Assembly (NCBI GenBank): GCA_030390025.1
Contig: CM059432.1
Span: 25,360,001-25,424,000 of the forward strand
Source: Squalus acanthias
Lineage: Eukaryota
Length of the DNA: 64,000 bases
Reading direction: 5' to 3'
A program made the translations under genes and the position numbers. The notes under the pieces are model-generated. The model searched no databases. It had not been told where the DNA came from and saw only the letters and a list, made by a program, of their open reading frames with translations. This document shows positions 59,601-64,000 of the stretch, one piece after another (the first letter of the stretch is position 1; the number at the start of each line of letters is the position of its first letter).

Positions 59601-60009
59601 GGGGGTAATATTCAACTTTACTGCCTGGGTGATTGTGGGTTTTACAATAGATGGGCGATCTGCTCCAGCACATTACTGCCCAGGTGGTAAAATTGAAAAT
59701 TACCCTCTTTTTCTCTTAAATCTTTCTAAGAATTTTGCCTCCATCACCCTACCTTACCTAGAAGTATTGATCACCCTTTAGGGGTAATGTTCCAGCTTCA
59801 TGCTCCTGGTCGGGGTGGGGGGGGAGTTGGGAGGGGGAGTCTCGCTCACATGGAACACATATCAGAATTTCAGGAAGGCACTGTGCATTATTTTCCAACT
59901 ATTTAAACTAATGGTCAGAAAATATTGTGCCGTGCTCTCCCAAATTTCTGTTATGCGCTTCGAACATCTGAGGCCACCTGGTGATAGCACAAAGTCGAAA
60001 AATCGGCCC
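59601..60009. mobile_element. Two small Harbinger-type MITEs (59601-59707; 59781-60009)
   Basis: GGGTAATATTCAACTTTACTGCCTGGG / CCCAGGTGGTAAAATTGAAAATTACCC; GGGGTAATGTTCCAGCTT / AAGTCGAAAAATCGGCCC. Confidence 0.6.
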
Positions 60010-60074
60010 TTTTGTCCAAATCACTTCTGGACACCCTAAATTAGCCTTTCACAAATTTGGCCAAGTTTCAGCTT

Positions 60075-60470
60075 GGACCAGTTGCAGTCAGAGGTTTGTG
60101 GGTTCCAGCTCCATTTCAGGAACTTGACACTTCAGTGCCATACTGAAGGAGTACTGCATTGTCTGAGGGGCTGTCTTTTGGATGAGTAATTAAAAATCTG
60201 TTCATTTAGGTGGATATATGGTGTACTGGTCAAAATAAAAAGCAGGGAAGTTCTCCTGGTATCCTGGCCAACAGTTATCCCTCGACTAATATGACCATAA
60301 ATTGAACATTTATCTCATTGCTATTTCTGAGATATTACTGTGTGCAAATTGGCAGCCATATTTATTTACAAAACAACAGTAACTATACTTCAAAAATAAT
60401 TAATTGTCTGTGAAGCACTTTGAGGTGTCCTAAAGATGTGAAAGGCACTATATAAATACAATGTTATTTG
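60075..60470 (+). mobile_element. Deu-SINE (old copy)
   Basis: agtcagaggtttgtgggttc head … aaaggcactatataaatacaa tail. Confidence 0.8.
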
Positions 60471-61293
60471 TTTGTACTTCCTCATCATAGGATCATAGAA
60501 ATTACAGAATAGAATGAGACCACTTGGCCCAGTGCTGTGCCCAAGCTCAGTCTTCAACTGGAGCTACCATGCCCTACTCTCACCATCTAACTTGAAATCA
60601 TGTTCTGGATTTAGCTTTTCTGCACCGTTCAAAGTCTTATGCTGTATTTCTATTAGTCTGAGCAGAGCTCAACTCTCAGGGGTTCAAATGCAAACCCCCT
60701 CAAGCACTTTTTAAATCCAATTTAACACCACACTGAAGTTGCACATCATACGGTGTCAAACCAAAATTGGGTGAGACTGCCGCTTCCAGGGTTACTCACA
60801 TTGTTTCTTTCTGAAATCAGGTTGTGCCTTGAATCCAGATTTATAATGCGGCCTTAAAGTCACTGCAAAATAGAAACTACTTCACAGCAATGTTAAAGCT
60901 GTAGTTTAAATGCAGCCTTGTAGACTTTAGTCACTTCCTTTCACAGCTGAAAGTCCCAAGTTTCTCCATTCTGCTCTCATAACTCAGTCTTCTGACTCGA
61001 GAGATCAGCCTTGTAACTCTTTTCTTTGATATCATGTGCCATTAAGGCACTAACCAATTGTGCCACAAAGGTTGCCCTTTGTGTGTTTTCCATCCCCAGT
61101 TGTAAAGGTAATGCCTCATTAACTGAAGTTGTGACTGGAATAGTTTCCTTGTAGGAGTTCCGAGCAGGAGGATCATTTTTTTGGCAACTTCATGAACCAC
61201 AATTATTTTTAAACAGATTGATGGTGCTACATCAAATAAAGGATGGGGAAACACAGCAGTGGAGAGAGAAAGAGAGGAGAAGAAAGGGAGAGC

Positions 61294-64000
61294 GAATCAT
61301 AGAATCATAGAGATTTATGGCACAGAAGGAGGCCATTCGGCCCACCGTGTCTGTGCTGGCTGAAAAAGAGCTATCCAGCCTAATCCCACTTTCCAGCTCT
61401 TGCAGGTTACGATACTTCAAGTGCATATTTAAGTACTTTTCAAATGTGATAAGGGATTCTGCCTCTACCATCCTTTCAGGCAGTGAGTTCCAGACCCCCA
61501 CCACCCTCTGGGTGAAAAAAAGTTCTCCTCAACTCCCCTCTAATCCTTGTACCAATTACTTTAAATCTATGCCCCCTAGTTATTGACCTCTCTGCTAAGG
61601 GAAATAGATGCTTCCTATCCACTCTATCTCGGCCCCTTATAATTCCATACACCTCAAGTAAGTCTCCCCTCAGCCTCCTCTGTTCCAAAGAAAACAACCC
61701 CAGCCTATCCAATCTTTCCTCATAGCTAAAATTCTCCAGTCCTGGCAACATCCTTGTAAATCTCCTCTTTATCCTCTCTAGTGCAATCACATCTTTCCTG
61801 TGATGTGGTGACCAGAACTGCATGCAGTACTCTAGCTGTGGCCAAACTAGTGTTTTATACGGTTCTAGCATAACCTCTCTGCTCTTATATTCTATGCCTT
61901 GGCTAATAAAGGAAAGTATCCCATATGCCTTTTTAACCACCTTATCTACCTGTCCTGCTATCTTCAGGGATCTGTGGACATGCACTCCAAGATCCCGCTG
62001 TTCCTCTACATGTCTCAGTATCCTACCATTTATTGTGTATTCCCTTGCCTTGTTAGCCCTCCCCAAATGCATTACCTTACACATCTCCGCATTGAATTCC
62101 ATTTGCCACTTTTCTGCCCACCTGCCCAGTCCATTGATATCTTCCTGCAGTCTACAGCTTTCTTCCTCGCTATCAACCACACGACCAATTTTTGTATCTT
62201 CTGCAAACTTCTTAATCATGCCCCTACATTGAAGTCTAAATCATTGATATATACCACAAAAAGCAAGGGAGCTAGTACTGAGCCCTGCAGAACCCCACTG
62301 GAAACAGCCTTCCAGTCACAAAATCACCCATCGACCATTACCCTTTGCTTCCTGCCACTGAGCCAATTTTGGATCCAATTTGCCACTTTTCCTTGGATCC
62401 CATGGGCTTTTACTTTTTTGACCAACCTCCCATGTGGGACCTTGTCAAAGGCCTTGCTAAAATACATGTAGACTACATCAAATGCACTATCATTATTGAC
62501 CCTCCTCGTTACCTCCTCAAAAAATTCAATCAAGTTAGTCAGACAAGACCTTCCCGTAACAAATCCATGCTGACTGTTCTTGATTAATCTGTGACTTTCT
62601 AAATGATGATTTATACAGTCCCTCAGAATTTTTTCCAATAACTTGCCCACCATGAGGTTAGGCTGACTGGCCTGTAATTATTCGGTCTATCCCATTCTCT
62701 CTTTTTAACAATGGCACAATGTTAGTAGTCCTCCAGTTCTCTGGCACCATGCCTATAGCCAGAGAGGATTGAAAAATGATGGTCACAGCCTCCGCTTGCC
62801 TCTCTTAACAACCTGGGATGCATTTCATCCAGGCCTGGCGATTTATCTACTTTCAAAGATGCTAAACCTCTTAATATTTCCTCTCTCACTATGTTTATCC
62901 CATCTAATATTTCACACTCCTCCTCCTTAACTACAATGTCTGCATTGTCCCTCTCTTCTGTGAAGACAGATGCAAAGTATTCATTAAGAACCATACGCAC
63001 GTCTTCTGCCTCCACACTTAGATGACCTTTTTGGTATCTACTAGGCCCTACTCTTTCCTTAGTTATTCTCTTGCTCTTTATGTATTTATAAAACATCTTT
63101 GGGTTTTCCTTGATTTTACTTGCCAATATTTTCTCATGCCCTCTCTTTACTTTCCTAATTTCCTTTTTAATTTCACCCCTGCACTTTCTATACTCCTCTT
63201 GGCTTTCTGTAGTATTGAGCTCTCAGTATCTGACAAAAGCTTTCCTTTTTTTCCTTATCCTACTCTGTATGCACCTTGACATCCAGGGGGCACTAGATTT
63301 GGGAGTCCCACCCTTTTTCTTTTATTTGCTCTGGACCCCTCCTATCTCCTCCTTTAATGCCTCCCACTGCTCTGACACTGATTTACTTTCAAGTAGCTGA
63401 TTCCAGTCCCCTTTTGCTAAATCTCATCTCAACTAAGTAAAATTGGCCTTTCCCCAATCGAGAACTTTTCCACCTGGTCTATCTTTGTCCTTTTCCATAA
63501 CTATGCTAAATCTAACTGAATTATAATCACTACCACCAAAATGCTCCCCCACTGATACCCCTTTCATCTGCCCAGCTTCATTCCCTAAAACTAAGTCCAG
63601 AACTGCCTCCTCTCTTGTTGGGCTTGTTACCTGCTGGCTAAAAAAAGTTCTCCTGAATGCATTTTAAGAATTTTGTGCCTTCTATTCCTTTTACACTGAT
63701 TCTATCCCAATTAATATTAGGGTCGTTGAAATGCCCTACTGTTACTGCCCTATTGTTTTTGCACTTCTCAGAAATTTGCCTATATATTTGCTGTTCTTTC
63801 TCCCTGACTGTTTGGGGGTCTATAGTACACTCCCAGCATTGTGATTGCCCCTATTTTGTACTTCAATTCAACCCATATGGCCTAATTTGATGATCCTACT
63901 AACATATCATCCCTCCTCACAGCTGTAATTGTTTCCTTAACCAATATTGCGAACCCCCTCCCTTTTTATCCCCTTCTCTCTCTCTCTCGTCCTGTAACCA
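61294..64000 (-). mobile_element. CR1 LINE ORF2 (endonuclease part + RT), disrupted, running off the window
   Basis: ORF pieces 62722-63126, 62324-62653 and 61476-62219 (KFAEDTK); tail (TTCTATGA)n. Confidence 0.96.

Noticed and set aside
61822..62471. Antisense ORFs over CR1 (also 44096-44521 and 46216-47805)
   Set aside because: Shadow frames of LINE RT coding sequence.

Overview
Eukaryotic, repeat-dense, apparently non-genic DNA (intron or gene desert). It is almost certainly from a cartilaginous fish (shark), judged by HE1-type V-SINE, SacSINE1-like Deu-SINEs and abundant CR1/HER1 LINEs. No host protein-coding gene, rRNA, true tRNA or CRISPR array is supportable. The window is a nested mosaic of transposable elements. 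(i) A PIF/Harbinger system: one near-complete two-gene element (49847-54630, convergent Myb/SANT-like gene and HARBI1-type DDE transposase), two further remnants, and more than a dozen GC/CpG-rich non-autonomous derivatives (MITEs) in several families, with GGSSNRRAATT-type termini and 3-bp NWN target duplications. (ii) Many CR1 fragments, one with an intact 573-aa RT ORF. (iii) Penelope-like fragments carrying minimal hammerhead ribozymes. (iv) Two solo LTRs with 4-bp TSDs, plus RTE and L2 fragments and SINEs. The most interesting signals are: MITEs that carry promoter motifs, repeated perfect 5' splice donors and a covarying hairpin; three hammerhead motifs with compensatory stems; an in-frame Harbinger-Myb/RTE zinc-finger chimera; a 1.1-kb G-quadruplex-prone minisatellite grown from a transposon subterminal motif; and a template-switch inverted duplication beside a MITE. 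Family names come from recalled similarity, not database searches, and boundaries without a stated TSD are approximate.
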